64,000 nucleotides of DNA, from the NCBI GenBank assembly GCA_015059335.1, contig SVAP01000004.1, forward strand, positions 20,258-84,257. Reading direction: 5' to 3'. The position numbers and the translations under genes are program-made. Every line of letters begins with the position of its first letter. The first letter of the stretch is position 1. Source of the stretch: Bacillota bacterium. GTDB taxonomy: Bacteria; Bacillota_I; Bacilli_A; RF39; UBA660. This document shows positions 1 through 10,386 of this stretch, one piece after another. A model generated the notes under the pieces. The model had not been told where the DNA came from. It did not search any database and saw nothing but the letters and a program-made list of their open reading frames with translations.

Positions 1-142
1 CAGACAAGAAAAATGGAGATCAGAGAAAAAGAAAATAAGATTTATAATAGAAATAATTTAAAAAGATAATAAATTTATAGCGAAAAGACATAATATAAGA
101 TTTCATAATTCCTAAATTATAATTGGATAAAATGATATATAT

Positions 143-170
143 AAATTCTTCGGACATGTCTGAAGAATTT
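143..170. promoter_or_regulatory. 28-bp near-perfect palindrome just upstream of the YhcG-family RBS (candidate operator)
   Basis: AAATTCTTCGGACATGTCTGAAGAATTT is self-complementary with one mismatch and is directly followed by the RBS AGAAAGGAGA. Confidence 0.55.
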
Positions 171-186
171 AGAAAGGAGAATTTTA

Positions 187-1224
187 GTGAAAATAAATAT
201 ATTAGAAAAAGTAGAAAATGATGAAAAATTAATAACTAGTATGTATCATCAAATATCGAATGTTATTACTGAAAATAAAACAAAAATGATTTACCAAATA
301 AATAATACTTTAGTGGAAACAAATTTTATGATTGGAAAAATCATTGTAGAAAACGAACAAAATGGAAATATTCGTGCAGAGTATGGAAAAGATATATTAA
401 AAAAATTATCTAAAAAATTAACTAATGAATATGGTTCAGGATTTAGTTTATCTGGTTTATATAACATGAGATTATTTTACAATAGATATAAAAATTTCCA
501 ACCACTGGCTGGAAATTTGAGTTGGAGCCATTATTGTTATTTAATTTATATAGAAGATGACGATGAAAGAAGTTTCTATGAAAAAGAATGTATTAATTCT
601 AAATGGTCAAAAAGAGAATTAAAAAGACAAATTGATTCATCACTATTTCAAAGGTTATTATTATCAGATGGTAAAACCAATAAGAAAAAAGTATTAGAAT
701 TATCAAAAAAAGGACAAACAATAAATAGTCCTACTGATATATTAAAAGAACCTTATGTATTTGAATTTTTAGGTATTAAAGAAAATAAACCATTACTTGA
801 AAGTGATTTAGAAAAAAATTTAATAAATCATTTATCTGCTTTTTTAATGGAATTAGGAAAGGGTTTTATGTATGTTGGAAATCAAGTAAGAATAACACTT
901 GACAATAATAAACATTATTATGTTGATCTTGTTTTTTACAATAAAATTTTAAGGTCATACGTTTTAATTGATTTGAAAATGGATGATATGAAGCCAGAAT
1001 ATGTAGGACAAATGAATATGTATGTTAATTATTATTCTAAAGAAATTAAAGATGAATTTGATAATGAAACAATAGGTATTATTCTTTGTACTGGTAAAAA
1101 AGGCGTAACTATGGAATATGCTTTAGGTGGACTTTCTAACAATATATTTGCATCAACTTATACTTATTACATTCCAAATAAAGATGAATTAATAAACGAG
1201 GTAGAAAAAGTATTGAATGGGTAA
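187..1224 (+). CDS. YhcG/DUF1016 family PD-(D/E)XK nuclease-domain protein
   Basis: GFSxSGLYNMRLFY, LSWSHY, WSKRELKRQI, KEPYVFEFLG, YVDLVFYNKILRSYVLIDLK and GQMNMY motifs typical of DUF1016. Confidence 0.9.
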   Translation: MKINILEKVENDEKLITSMYHQISNVITENKTKMIYQINNTLVETNFMIGKIIVENEQNGNIRAEYGKDILKKLSKKLTNEYGSGFSLSGLYNMRLFYNRYKNFQPLAGNLSWSHYCYLIYIEDDDERSFYEKECINSKWSKRELKRQIDSSLFQRLLLSDGKTNKKKVLELSKKGQTINSPTDILKEPYVFEFLGIKENKPLLESDLEKNLINHLSAFLMELGKGFMYVGNQVRITLDNNKHYYVDLVFYNKILRSYVLIDLKMDDMKPEYVGQMNMYVNYYSKEIKDEFDNETIGIILCTGKKGVTMEYALGGLSNNIFASTYTYYIPNKDELINEVEKVLNG

Positions 1225-1462
1225 TAATATAGATTGAATTGCCACTATAATAACATACTATTATGTTGTTATAAATAACAACATGAATATGTATGTCTTC
1301 TTTTAAAATAAACAAATCGCTTTGTAATGATGAAAGAATTTTAACTAGAGAATATAATTTTGACAAGTTTTAAACTTGTCTTTTTCTCATATTTTAACAA
1401 TTATTTCTTTTTTCACCAAATTGGGCATTATATGATATAATACTAATGAGGATGTGATTCTA

Positions 1463-2551
1463 TTGAGAGCAATAGTATGTGGTGGTGGAACTGGTGGACA
1501 TATATATCCAGCGCTTGCAATAATCAACAAGATAAAAGAAAAAGAACCAAATAGTGAATTTTTATATATAGGTACTCATAATAGAATGGAAAAAGATATA
1601 ATACCTAAATATGATATAGATTATGTTGGAATAGAAATGTATGGATTAAAAAGAAAATTATCTATATCTAATGTTAAAACATTATATTGTTATATGAATG
1701 CTTTTAAAAAGTGTAAAAAAGTAATCAAAAATTTTAATCCTGATGTTGTAATTGGTGTAGGTGGATATATAACTGATCCAGTAATATCTACAGCAAAAAA
1801 GCTGGGTTATAAAACTTTTATACATGAACAAAATAGTATTCCTGGTTTATCAAATAGACATTTAGAAAAATTCGCAGATAAAATTGCGATATCTTTTGAA
1901 AGCTCTAAAAAGTATTTTAAAAATCCAGAAAAAATAGTATATACAGGTAATCCATGTGGTGAAAATGCATTACAAGCAAAAAAAATAGATAAGAAAGAAC
2001 TTGGTTTAACTCCAAATAAAAAACTGGTTTTAATAGTAATGGGGTCTCTTGGTTCATCTAAGGTAAATGATATTATTACTACAATGTTACCTATGTTTAA
2101 TGAACGTGATTATGAAATCTTATTTGTAACTGGAAAAAATTATTATGAAAAGATAACTAACAAATTAAAAGTTCCTAAAAATGTTAAGATTGTTCCTTAT
2201 ATAGATAATATGACTAGAGTTATGAAGACAACTGATTTAATGGTTTCAAGGGCAGGAGCTTCTACTATGAGTGAAATTATGTCTTTAGAGGTACCAACTA
2301 TATTTATACCTAGTCCATATGTAACTGATAATCATCAATATAAAAATGCAAATGATTTAGTAAAAACTGGTGCGGCATTATTAATTGAAGAAGAAAATTT
2401 AAAAGGTGATATTTTAGTTAGAACTATTGATGAATTATTTAGAGATAAGAGAAAATATAATAAACTTAAAGAAAATTTAAAAGATATAGGAGTTAAAGGA
2501 AGCTCAGAAAAAATTTACAAAATGTTAAAAGAACTTGTAGAGGAGAAGTAA
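1463..2551 (+). CDS. murG: Undecaprenyl-PP-MurNAc-pentapeptide GlcNAc transferase MurG
   Basis: GGGTGGHIYP, HEQN, GNP, GSLGS, SRAGAST and HQYKNA motifs; TTG start at 1463 chosen from RBS spacing (track starts at 1454). Confidence 0.97.
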   Translation: MRAIVCGGGTGGHIYPALAIINKIKEKEPNSEFLYIGTHNRMEKDIIPKYDIDYVGIEMYGLKRKLSISNVKTLYCYMNAFKKCKKVIKNFNPDVVIGVGGYITDPVISTAKKLGYKTFIHEQNSIPGLSNRHLEKFADKIAISFESSKKYFKNPEKIVYTGNPCGENALQAKKIDKKELGLTPNKKLVLIVMGSLGSSKVNDIITTMLPMFNERDYEILFVTGKNYYEKITNKLKVPKNVKIVPYIDNMTRVMKTTDLMVSRAGASTMSEIMSLEVPTIFIPSPYVTDNHQYKNANDLVKTGAALLIEEENLKGDILVRTIDELFRDKRKYNKLKENLKDIGVKGSSEKIYKMLKELVEEK

Positions 2552-2552
2552 C

Positions 2553-3458
2553 ATGAAGAATATAAAAAAGATACTTGAAGATAAAAACATAGGTGAAATT
2601 TTAGAAAATGAATCGCTAAAAAAATATAATACTTATAAAATTGGTGGGGTAGCTAATTTAGTTGTCATTCCTAAAAATGTAGAAAAATTAATAGAATTGA
2701 TGAACATCATAAGAGAAAATAATATTAAGTATAAAGTAATAGGTAAGGGTTCTAATTTGATTTTTTCATCTAAAGAATACAATGGAATTATAATAAAACT
2801 TGATAAATTAGATAAACTTGAAATTAATGGAACTAAAATAACAGTAGGTGCTGGATATAGTTTAGTAAAACTATCATTAGAAACCGCTAAGAGAGGACTT
2901 TCAGGTTTAGAATTTGCAGCTGGTATTCCAGGTACAGTAGGTGGTTCTGTATTTATGAATGCTGGGGCATATAAAAACGATATTGGAGAATTAATTGAAA
3001 AAGTTAAACTTATAGATGATAATTTAAATATTGTTGAAATGAGTAAAGAAGAATTAGATTTTAGCTATAGACATTCATTTTTACAAAATCATAGAGATTA
3101 TATATGCATAGAAGTTACTTTAAACTTAGTAGAAGCTAATGTTGATGAGATAAAAGAAAAAATCAATAAGAGAAAACAAAAAAGATTAGAAACGCAACCA
3201 TTAGAATATCCTTCAGCTGGAAGTGTATTTAGAAATCCAGAAGATATTCCAGCTGGAAAATTAATAGAAGATGCAGGTTTAAAAGGTAAAATGATTGGTG
3301 GAGCTATGGTTAGTGAAAAACATGCAAATTTTATAATAAATTACAATAATGCGACAGGTGAAGATATATATAATTTAATTAATTATGTGAAAAATGAAAT
3401 AAAACAACAAACGGGGGTAGAATTAAAACAAGAACAAGAATTTGTTAATTGGGAGTAG
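2553..3458 (+). CDS. murB: UDP-N-acetylmuramate dehydrogenase MurB
   Basis: GKGSNL, GIPGTVGG..MNAGAY, PSAGSVFRNP, KHANF motifs. Confidence 0.97.
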   Translation: MKNIKKILEDKNIGEILENESLKKYNTYKIGGVANLVVIPKNVEKLIELMNIIRENNIKYKVIGKGSNLIFSSKEYNGIIIKLDKLDKLEINGTKITVGAGYSLVKLSLETAKRGLSGLEFAAGIPGTVGGSVFMNAGAYKNDIGELIEKVKLIDDNLNIVEMSKEELDFSYRHSFLQNHRDYICIEVTLNLVEANVDEIKEKINKRKQKRLETQPLEYPSAGSVFRNPEDIPAGKLIEDAGLKGKMIGGAMVSEKHANFIINYNNATGEDIYNLINYVKNEIKQQTGVELKQEQEFVNWE

Positions 3459-3464
3459 ATAATA

Positions 3465-4163
3465 ATGGCTACAGTAAAGGTTAAAAGAAAAAAATTAAGA
3501 ATTGGAATAGTTTTTTTAGTATTAATAATGTTATCCTTATTTGCATATCTAGGTTACTATTTATTTGAAAATACAATAGATGATAGAATTAAAAACATAT
3601 ATGTAATCGGAAATAAATATACTAAAGATTATGAAATTATTGAACTTGCCAAGATTAATAATTATCCTAGATTTCTTTCCATATCATCAAATGAAATGGA
3701 AAGAAGAATCAAGACTAATCCTTTTATAAAGGAAGTAGATGTAAAAAAGAAATTTGGAAATCAAATATACATTTATATTACTGAATATAATCCATTATTT
3801 TATGATAGAAATAATCAAAAATTAATATTAGAAACTAATAAAGATTTAGTTGTTGAGAAAATGATAGATGATATTCCTACACTTATTAATCCTGTAACTG
3901 ATGAATCTGTATATAAAAATTTAATAACAAAATTTATAAAAATAAATGATGAAGTTAAACAAAAAATTTCAGAAATAAATTATATACCAAATGAAGTAGA
4001 TAAAGAAAGATTTTTATTTTCAATGAAAGATGGAAATTATGTTTATATTACACTAACTAAAATAGAAGAAGTTAATAAATACTTAGATGTATTAAGTACT
4101 TTAAACAATAAAAAAGGAGTCTTATATTTAGATTCTGGAAATTATTTTGAAATATTAAATTAA
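3465..4163 (+). CDS. divIB: Cell division protein FtsQ/DivIB
   Basis: Basic N-terminus, single TM, POTRA-like segment; sits between murB and ftsA. Confidence 0.8.
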   Translation: MATVKVKRKKLRIGIVFLVLIMLSLFAYLGYYLFENTIDDRIKNIYVIGNKYTKDYEIIELAKINNYPRFLSISSNEMERRIKTNPFIKEVDVKKKFGNQIYIYITEYNPLFYDRNNQKLILETNKDLVVEKMIDDIPTLINPVTDESVYKNLITKFIKINDEVKQKISEINYIPNEVDKERFLFSMKDGNYVYITLTKIEEVNKYLDVLSTLNNKKGVLYLDSGNYFEILN

Positions 4164-4176
4164 ATTGGTGAAGTAA

Positions 4177-5250
4177 ATGAAGAAAAGAAGAAAAAGGAAA
4201 AAAAAGATTAAATTAATAATCGTTGTAATTATTATAGTAATAGTAGTATTAGGTTTTTTATATTTAAATTATGAACCATTAAAACTAAAATATATAGGTT
4301 ATACAGATAATGAAATAAAAATTATATTTGATAAGTTAGGCGATAATGAAATTAAAAAGGTTTTATCTAGTAAATATTTAGAAAATTTAGTATTAGTTAT
4401 TAATGATGAAAGATATGATTATAATAAATTTGATGAGTATATTACTATGATTGAAGATGGTAAAACTTTGGATGAAATTTATTATGTTGAAAAAGAAAAT
4501 AATGATGTGATTATAGAACAAGAAGATAATGATGTAGAAACTAAATTTAAAACTGCTAAATATTATATTGACGCTAACATTGATAGATATTTAAATTATT
4601 TAAATGAAAACCCAAATAAGAATATTGATGAAGTTATTAGATGTGTTAATTCTAATATTGATTATGAATTTTATACTAATGTAACTGCGACTGATATGAC
4701 TGAAGGGCACTTGATTTTAGTAAATAAATATACAAAGTTAGACAAAAATTATATTCCAAATCTAGTAACTATGAGTAATGTATATTCATATGGTAATATG
4801 CAGATGGAGAAAACTGCATATGAATATTTCAAAAAAATGGTTGATTCTGCTAAAGATGATGGAATAAAGTTATATAATATTTCATCATATAGAAGTTATG
4901 ATACACAAAATTATTTGTATAATAATTATGTTAATAGCGATGGAAAAAAAGCAGCTGATACATTTTCAGCACGTGCTGGATATTCAGAACATCAAACAGG
5001 ACTTGCAACAGATATAAATACAGCTAATTCTTCTGATCATTTTGAAAATACTAAAGAATATAAATGGTTAATAAATAATTCATATAAATATGGTTTTATT
5101 CTTAGATATCCACAGGGTAAAGAATATATTACTGGTTATAAATTTGAACCATGGCATTATAGATATGTTGGATTAGAAGTAGCTAAATATATTAAAGAAC
5201 ACAATATTACGTTTGAAGAGTATCACGCATATTTTATTAAAAATAAATAA
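4177..5250 (+). CDS. M15B (VanY/LdcB-like) D-Ala-D-Ala carboxypeptidase, membrane anchored
   Basis: SSYRSY, SARAGYSEHQTGLATD, EPWHYRYVG motifs; N-terminal TM. Confidence 0.9.
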   Translation: MKKRRKRKKKIKLIIVVIIIVIVVLGFLYLNYEPLKLKYIGYTDNEIKIIFDKLGDNEIKKVLSSKYLENLVLVINDERYDYNKFDEYITMIEDGKTLDEIYYVEKENNDVIIEQEDNDVETKFKTAKYYIDANIDRYLNYLNENPNKNIDEVIRCVNSNIDYEFYTNVTATDMTEGHLILVNKYTKLDKNYIPNLVTMSNVYSYGNMQMEKTAYEYFKKMVDSAKDDGIKLYNISSYRSYDTQNYLYNNYVNSDGKKAADTFSARAGYSEHQTGLATDINTANSSDHFENTKEYKWLINNSYKYGFILRYPQGKEYITGYKFEPWHYRYVGLEVAKYIKEHNITFEEYHAYFIKNK

Positions 5251-5254
5251 AATT

Positions 5255-5282
5255 AAACTACTGTACAAGTTGCAGTAGTTTT
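5255..5282 (+). terminator. Intrinsic terminator
   Basis: AAACTACTG/CAGTAGTTT stem after the peptidase stop codon. Confidence 0.7.
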
Positions 5283-5388
5283 GTTATAATATATTTCATA
5301 GGAATAATGCCCCGTATAAATGTTCTATTTTTATTTTTTTAAATTTATTGTATAATAAATATTATAAATGAGGAGAGTTGGTCTATCT

Positions 5389-6633
5389 ATGAAGAAAATA
5401 TATACGAGTATAGATATTGGTTCAGATAGTATCAAAATGGTAACTGCTGAAATATATAAAGGTAAAATAAATATTTTAGCTTCAACTGCTATAAAATCTG
5501 AAGGAATCAAAAAAGGGTTAATTGTAGATGCTGCTAAAGCAATTATTTCGATAAAAGAAGCATTAACAAGTATAGAAAATATGTTGGGTATCAAAATAAA
5601 TAAAGTAATTGCGTCAGTCCCTGCTAATGGTGCAGAGTTTGCGTTAGTAGATGGATACTCAACAATTACCAATGAAGAGAAAAAAGTAACAGGAAACGAT
5701 ATTATTAGATGTTTACAAGCCTGTGTTTATAATAAAATATCAGAAGATAGGGAATTAATTACTGTTGTACCAATAGAGTTTGCGTTGGATGGTGAAACTG
5801 GAATTAAAGATCCTAAAAATTTAATTGGTGAAAGATTAGGAGTTAAAGCAATAATGATAACTACTCCTAAAAAGAATGTTTATTCAGTAATTAGTGTTTT
5901 AGAAAATGTAGGATTAGAAGTCATTGATGTTGTGTTTAATTCAATAGGTGATTACTATCAGTTTAAAAATCAAAATATAGATTCTTGTGTTTCAGGAATA
6001 ATAAATATTGGAGCAGAAACTACAACTGCATCAGTATTTAATAAGGGAATATTAATGAATACTAAAGTAATTAATATCGGTGGTAAAAATATAGATAAAG
6101 ATATTACTTATGTATATAGATTAAATTTAAGAGATAGTAGAAAACTAAAAGAAAGTTTTGCAGTAGCTCATAAGAGATTTTCTAAAGTTAATGAAACGTT
6201 TGATATCATTAATAATGAAGGTGAAAGTCTAAAAATCAATCAATATGAAATTTCTGAAATTTGTATGGATAGATTAATGGAAATTATAAAAATTGTAAAA
6301 AATGAAATAAAAGACTTAACAAACAAAGAAATAAGTTATATAATTATTACAGGAGGAACTAGTGAGTTCTCTGGTTTTAACACATTATTAAATGAGTTTA
6401 TTAATAAAAATATTACGATAGCTGATATGAATACTATTGGCGTACGAAAAAATAGATTTTCTTCTTGTGTTGGAATGATAAAATACTTCAATGAAAAGAT
6501 GAAACTTAGAGGTAGAAATTATTCAATGTTAGATGAAGAAAAACAAGAAGAATTAGTATCAATTAAAAAGAAAAATAACTTTTCTAGTAATTCAATAATT
6601 GGAAAAGTATTCGGTCATTTTTTAGATAATTAG
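5389..6633 (+). CDS. ftsA: Cell division protein FtsA
   Basis: [25 protein letters not shown] actin-like motifs; precedes ftsZ; ATG 5389 follows AGGAGAG. Confidence 0.95.
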   Translation: MKKIYTSIDIGSDSIKMVTAEIYKGKINILASTAIKSEGIKKGLIVDAAKAIISIKEALTSIENMLGIKINKVIASVPANGAEFALVDGYSTITNEEKKVTGNDIIRCLQACVYNKISEDRELITVVPIEFALDGETGIKDPKNLIGERLGVKAIMITTPKKNVYSVISVLENVGLEVIDVVFNSIGDYYQFKNQNIDSCVSGIINIGAETTTASVFNKGILMNTKVINIGGKNIDKDITYVYRLNLRDSRKLKESFAVAHKRFSKVNETFDIINNEGESLKINQYEISEICMDRLMEIIKIVKNEIKDLTNKEISYIIITGGTSEFSGFNTLLNEFINKNITIADMNTIGVRKNRFSSCVGMIKYFNEKMKLRGRNYSMLDEEKQEELVSIKKKNNFSSNSIIGKVFGHFLDN

Positions 6634-6644
6634 GGAGGCACGTT

Positions 6645-7736
6645 ATGTTTGGATTAGAAATGGATCAATTAGCAAAAATAAAGGTAATAGGTGTTGGTGG
6701 TGGAGGTAATAATGCTGTAAACCGAATGATAGAATCTGGAGTTAAAGGTGTTGAGTTCATTGTTGCAAACACTGACTTACAAGTGTTAAATGCTTCAAAA
6801 GCTCCAATTAAAATTCAATTAGGTGTATCCTTAACTGATGGATTAGGTGCTGGATCAAACCCAGAAGTTGGTAGAGAAGCAGCATTAGAGTCTAAAAAGG
6901 AAATTGAAGAAATTTTAAAAGGTGCTGACATGGTGTTTGTTACTTGCGGTATGGGTGGTGGAACTGGTACCGGTGCTGCTCCTGTAATTGCTGAAATCGC
7001 ACAAGATTTAGGTGCATTAACAGTTGGTATTGTTACAAAACCATTTAGTTTTGAAGGTAGAAAAAGAATGGAACACGCAATGGGTGGTCTAGAAGAATTA
7101 AAAAAACATGTAGATACACTAATTGTTATTCCAAATGATAGATTAAGAGAAATAATTGATAGATCTACTCCAATGCTTGAAGCATTTAGAGAAGTAGATA
7201 ACGTGTTAAGACGTGGTGTTCAATCAATATCTGACTTAATAGCAGTAGCTGGGTTAGTTAACCTTGACTTTGCTGATGTTAAAACAGTTATGAAAGATAG
7301 AGGAAACGCTGTAATTGGTATAGGTATTGGTGTAGGTGAAAATAGAGCTATTGAAGCTGCTAAACAAGCGGTATCAAGTCCATTATTAGAAACATCTATA
7401 TCTGGTGCAACTGATGCTATTATAAATATTACTGGTGGTGGTAACTTAACGTTATTTGAAGCAGAAGATGCTGCTCAAATAGTTAGAGAAGCTGCTAATA
7501 CTGAAATCAATACAATATTCGGTGCAGTAATTAATGAAAACTTAACTGATGAAGTTATTGTTACAGTAATCGCAACAGGTTTTGAAGAACCAGCTGAACC
7601 ATTATATCAATCATATACTAATCAAAAAAGAGAAGAAGTAAGAAGTACAAGAAGTACTTTACCATTAGATAATGATGATGACGATGATTCTGATTTAGAT
7701 ATCCCTCCATTCTTAAGAAGCAAAAGAGGATTTTAA
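6645..7736 (+). CDS. ftsZ: Cell division protein FtsZ
   Basis: [20 protein letters not shown] tubulin signature, NLDFADV, C-terminal DIPPFLR. Confidence 0.99.
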   Translation: MFGLEMDQLAKIKVIGVGGGGNNAVNRMIESGVKGVEFIVANTDLQVLNASKAPIKIQLGVSLTDGLGAGSNPEVGREAALESKKEIEEILKGADMVFVTCGMGGGTGTGAAPVIAEIAQDLGALTVGIVTKPFSFEGRKRMEHAMGGLEELKKHVDTLIVIPNDRLREIIDRSTPMLEAFREVDNVLRRGVQSISDLIAVAGLVNLDFADVKTVMKDRGNAVIGIGIGVGENRAIEAAKQAVSSPLLETSISGATDAIINITGGGNLTLFEAEDAAQIVREAANTEINTIFGAVINENLTDEVIVTVIATGFEEPAEPLYQSYTNQKREEVRSTRSTLPLDNDDDDDSDLDIPPFLRSKRGF

Positions 7737-7747
7737 TGAATTTAAAG

Positions 7748-7782
7748 ACAGTAATTAAAGTGATATTAATTACTGTTTTTTT
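7748..7782 (+). terminator. ftsZ intrinsic terminator
   Basis: ACAGTAATT/AATTACTGT stem followed by a T-tract. Confidence 0.75.
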
Positions 7783-8433
7783 ATGTAAACCGTGTCAAAA
7801 GGGATTGACTATAAATAGATAAGTCATGTATAATTTAAATATAATAGAAGGAGTGATAAAAATGGAAGAAAATAAAAATAGTAAAAGTATTATATTTTCA
7901 ATCGTAGCTGTATTACTGTTAGTTGTAGTAGTAGCAGGAGCAACATATGCATACTTTGCATCTTCATCAAGTACAGCTAAACAAGAAATTAAAACAGGAT
8001 CATTGGCAATGGGATTCACTAATGGAGAATTCTTAAGAGCAGATTCATTAATGCCAATATCAGACAGTGAAATCAAAACAAAAGCAGCAGAATTAGATTT
8101 TTCTGTAACAAACCAAGGTACAGAACATATGAATCTAACAATAAGTCTAACAGATATCGAAATATCAGATGATTTAAAAGATGTAGACTTTAGATGGGGA
8201 TTATACAACAAAGATAAAGACTTAGGTATAGCATTTGGTATATTTGAAGATATAGGAACACAAACAAGTGTAACATTATTAACAGATACAATAATAGATG
8301 CAGTACTAGATGAAAATGAAGAAGACATAACAAAAAACTATACATTAAGAGTATGGATACATGATGATGGAGCAAATCAAAATTACATGCAAGGAGAAAC
8401 ATTCAGTGCGAAAGTTACTGTAGATGGTGAACC
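7773..8433 (+). repeat. Direct repeat copy 1 (promoter plus N-terminal TasA-like domain), nearly identical to 15573-16234
   Basis: Alignment by eye at offset ~7801 shows only scattered substitutions. Confidence 0.95.
7805..7834 (+). promoter_or_regulatory. SigmaA-type promoter with overlapping TGACT-N11-AGTCA inverted repeat
   Basis: TTGACT-18-TATAAT; the same architecture is conserved upstream of copy 2 (~15606-15635). Confidence 0.6.
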
Positions 8434-9196
8434 AGTTAAATATACACCAGAAGAATGTTTTGATTTCGATTTAACTACTGGAACAATTACAGGATATGAT
8501 ACTGATTGGCAAGGAACGACATGTAGAACAGATAAGGTAGATGGAGTAGATGAATTAGCTGTTGTAATACCTAAAACTATAGATGGTGTTACTGTTACTA
8601 AAATTGGCGAAAATGTTATGAATTTTGTTGAAGGAAATCCATATGTCGATTTCTATAATTATTCAATAAATAAAGTGATATTACCTGATACTATTACACA
8701 GATTGGTGATGGCGCTATCAGTTATAATGTTTTAAATCATTTAACCATTCCTGATAGTGTTACTGATATAGGAAGTATGTACGCTGTAGCGATTGATGTT
8801 ACAATTCCAGAAAGTGTAACATCAGGTAGTTTCAGTGCTACATTTTATGGTGATGAGATTGTTGAATCAGATACTTTGGTAATTCCTGGTTCAATGGCTA
8901 CAATAGTGGAAAGTGCATTTGGTGAAAGTAGATTTGAGAAAATTATATTAATGGAAGGTATTACTACTATTGAAAAAATAGCATTTAGCGGTGCTTATGG
9001 TATAACAAGTATTGAAATACCATCAACTGTTACAACTATTGGTGAAAAAGCGTTTGTTGATGGTAATGACTATGGAAAAGATATGACACAAATAATAGTA
9101 CGTGGTAAAACAAGTATACCAAGTACATTTGATGAAAATTGGAATTGTAAAAATGACGGATGTACTGAAAGATACAATGTAGTATTTAGACCATAA
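7862..9196 (+). CDS. SipW-class signal peptide, TasA/camelysin-like N-domain plus BspA-like (LRR_5) leucine-rich-repeat surface protein, copy 1
   Basis: VVAGATYAYF signal, NQNYMQGETF, repeated IPxSVTxIG / LPDTITQIG; ATG 7862 follows AGAAGGAGTGA. Confidence 0.8.
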   Translation: MEENKNSKSIIFSIVAVLLLVVVVAGATYAYFASSSSTAKQEIKTGSLAMGFTNGEFLRADSLMPISDSEIKTKAAELDFSVTNQGTEHMNLTISLTDIEISDDLKDVDFRWGLYNKDKDLGIAFGIFEDIGTQTSVTLLTDTIIDAVLDENEEDITKNYTLRVWIHDDGANQNYMQGETFSAKVTVDGEPVKYTPEECFDFDLTTGTITGYDTDWQGTTCRTDKVDGVDELAVVIPKTIDGVTVTKIGENVMNFVEGNPYVDFYNYSINKVILPDTITQIGDGAISYNVLNHLTIPDSVTDIGSMYAVAIDVTIPESVTSGSFSATFYGDEIVESDTLVIPGSMATIVESAFGESRFEKIILMEGITTIEKIAFSGAYGITSIEIPSTVTTIGEKAFVDGNDYGKDMTQIIVRGKTSIPSTFDENWNCKNDGCTERYNVVFRP

Positions 9197-9212
9197 TTAA
9201 AACTAAAGAAGC

Positions 9213-9587
9213 TTATGCTTCTTTTTGTTTGCCTTGTTTTCCAATAATTCCACCAGTCATTGATGAGATGATAAGTATTAAATAATATATTAAGTTTTTC
9301 CACTCAAATGGTGTATTAAAGCCTAGTAATACTACTAATAACATAAATATACTAATAATAGAACCAATTTTTAAACCTTCAAATATTCCTCTTTTTTTAC
9401 TTCTTTTAGAAAGATAAAATCCACTAAAGATAAATGTACCTATTATTAGAATCATTTGGATAATATTTAAAAAATTATCACTAATAATATTAAAATAATT
9501 TAACAAGGTAAATAAAAACATACCAATTATAATAGTTAAAAATACATACATAATATCTTTTAAATAAACTTTTAACATATAAATCAC
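9213..9587 (-). CDS. TIGR04086/YrzE-like membrane protein
   Basis: Four hydrophobic helices, SKKRGIFEG and GGIIG motifs; divergent from the DUF421 gene as in Bacilli. Confidence 0.7.
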   Translation of the reverse strand: MIYMLKVYLKDIMYVFLTIIIGMFLFTLLNYFNIISDNFLNIIQMILIIGTFIFSGFYLSKRSKKRGIFEGLKIGSIISIFMLLVVLLGFNTPFEWKNLIYYLILIISSMTGGIIGKQGKQKEA

Positions 9588-9653
9588 CTAATAAATCGTA
9601 TGTTATTGAATAAATTTATATTACACCACCCATAACTGTATTAGGTGATATAT

Positions 9654-10304
9654 ATGAATTATATGGCTGTTATTTTTAGAACTGTATTCTTTTATTTTGT
9701 TGTTTTAATATTATATAGGGTTATGGGTAAAAGGGAAGTTGGTCAACTTGGAATTGTAGATTTAATTGTATCAATACTTATTTCACAATTAGTTGCGATT
9801 AGTATAGAAAACTATGATGATACTATATTGATGTCTTTGATTCCTATTGTACTATTAACTTTTCTTCAGCTTGGGCTTGCATATTTAGCTTTAAAGGTGC
9901 CTAAAACTAGAAGTTTTTTAGATGGTAAGCCTTCTGTCTTAATTAAACATGGAAGAATAAATTTTAAAGAAATGTGTAGGCAAAAATATAATTTAGATGA
10001 CTTATTGATGCAGTTAAGAGAAAATGGAGTAAGGAATTTAGAAGAGGTAGAATACGCTATATTGGAGACTAGTGGAAATCTATCATTGTTTAAAAAAAAT
10101 ATATTAAAGATACCTACAGATTATCCTTTTGCGATAATTGTAGATGGCAAAATACAAGATGATATATTAAAAGAAATTAATAGGAGTAGAGATTGGATAC
10201 AAAATATATTAGATAAGAAGAGGATAAAAGTTGATGATGTTTTTTATGCGTTTTATAAGGGGTCAAAAACTTTTATAATTAGGAAAAGTGAATTATTAAA
10301 TTAA
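9654..10304 (+). CDS. DUF421 (YrbG/YetF-like) membrane protein
   Basis: MGKREVGQL, DGKPSVLIKHG, QLRENG..VEYAILETSGNLS. Confidence 0.9.
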   Translation: MNYMAVIFRTVFFYFVVLILYRVMGKREVGQLGIVDLIVSILISQLVAISIENYDDTILMSLIPIVLLTFLQLGLAYLALKVPKTRSFLDGKPSVLIKHGRINFKEMCRQKYNLDDLLMQLRENGVRNLEEVEYAILETSGNLSLFKKNILKIPTDYPFAIIVDGKIQDDILKEINRSRDWIQNILDKKRIKVDDVFYAFYKGSKTFIIRKSELLN

Positions 10305-10386
10305 ACTAAATTTTAAGCACATTAGTGCTCTTTTTTTTGTTTCGTGTTATACTATATATATAAATAGTAGTCAGTGAGGTAAAATA

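Noticed and set aside
1-48. 3' end of an upstream CDS (QTRKMEIREKENKDL-stop)
   Set aside because: Too short to identify or support
1136-1366. Minus-strand 76-aa ORF, and a plus-strand 26-aa ORF near 1293
   Set aside because: No RBS; they overlap terminator hairpins; composition is not gene-like
5331-5672. Antisense ORFs over ftsA and other core genes (e.g. 42276-42827, 26942-27142, 29117-29546, 52242-53294, 57310-59494)
   Set aside because: Shadow ORFs opposite well-supported genes
7795-8328. Minus-strand 177-aa ORF and its twin at 15596-16129
   Set aside because: Antisense shadow of the duplicated A-rich gene; conservation is explained by the duplication; no RBS recognised
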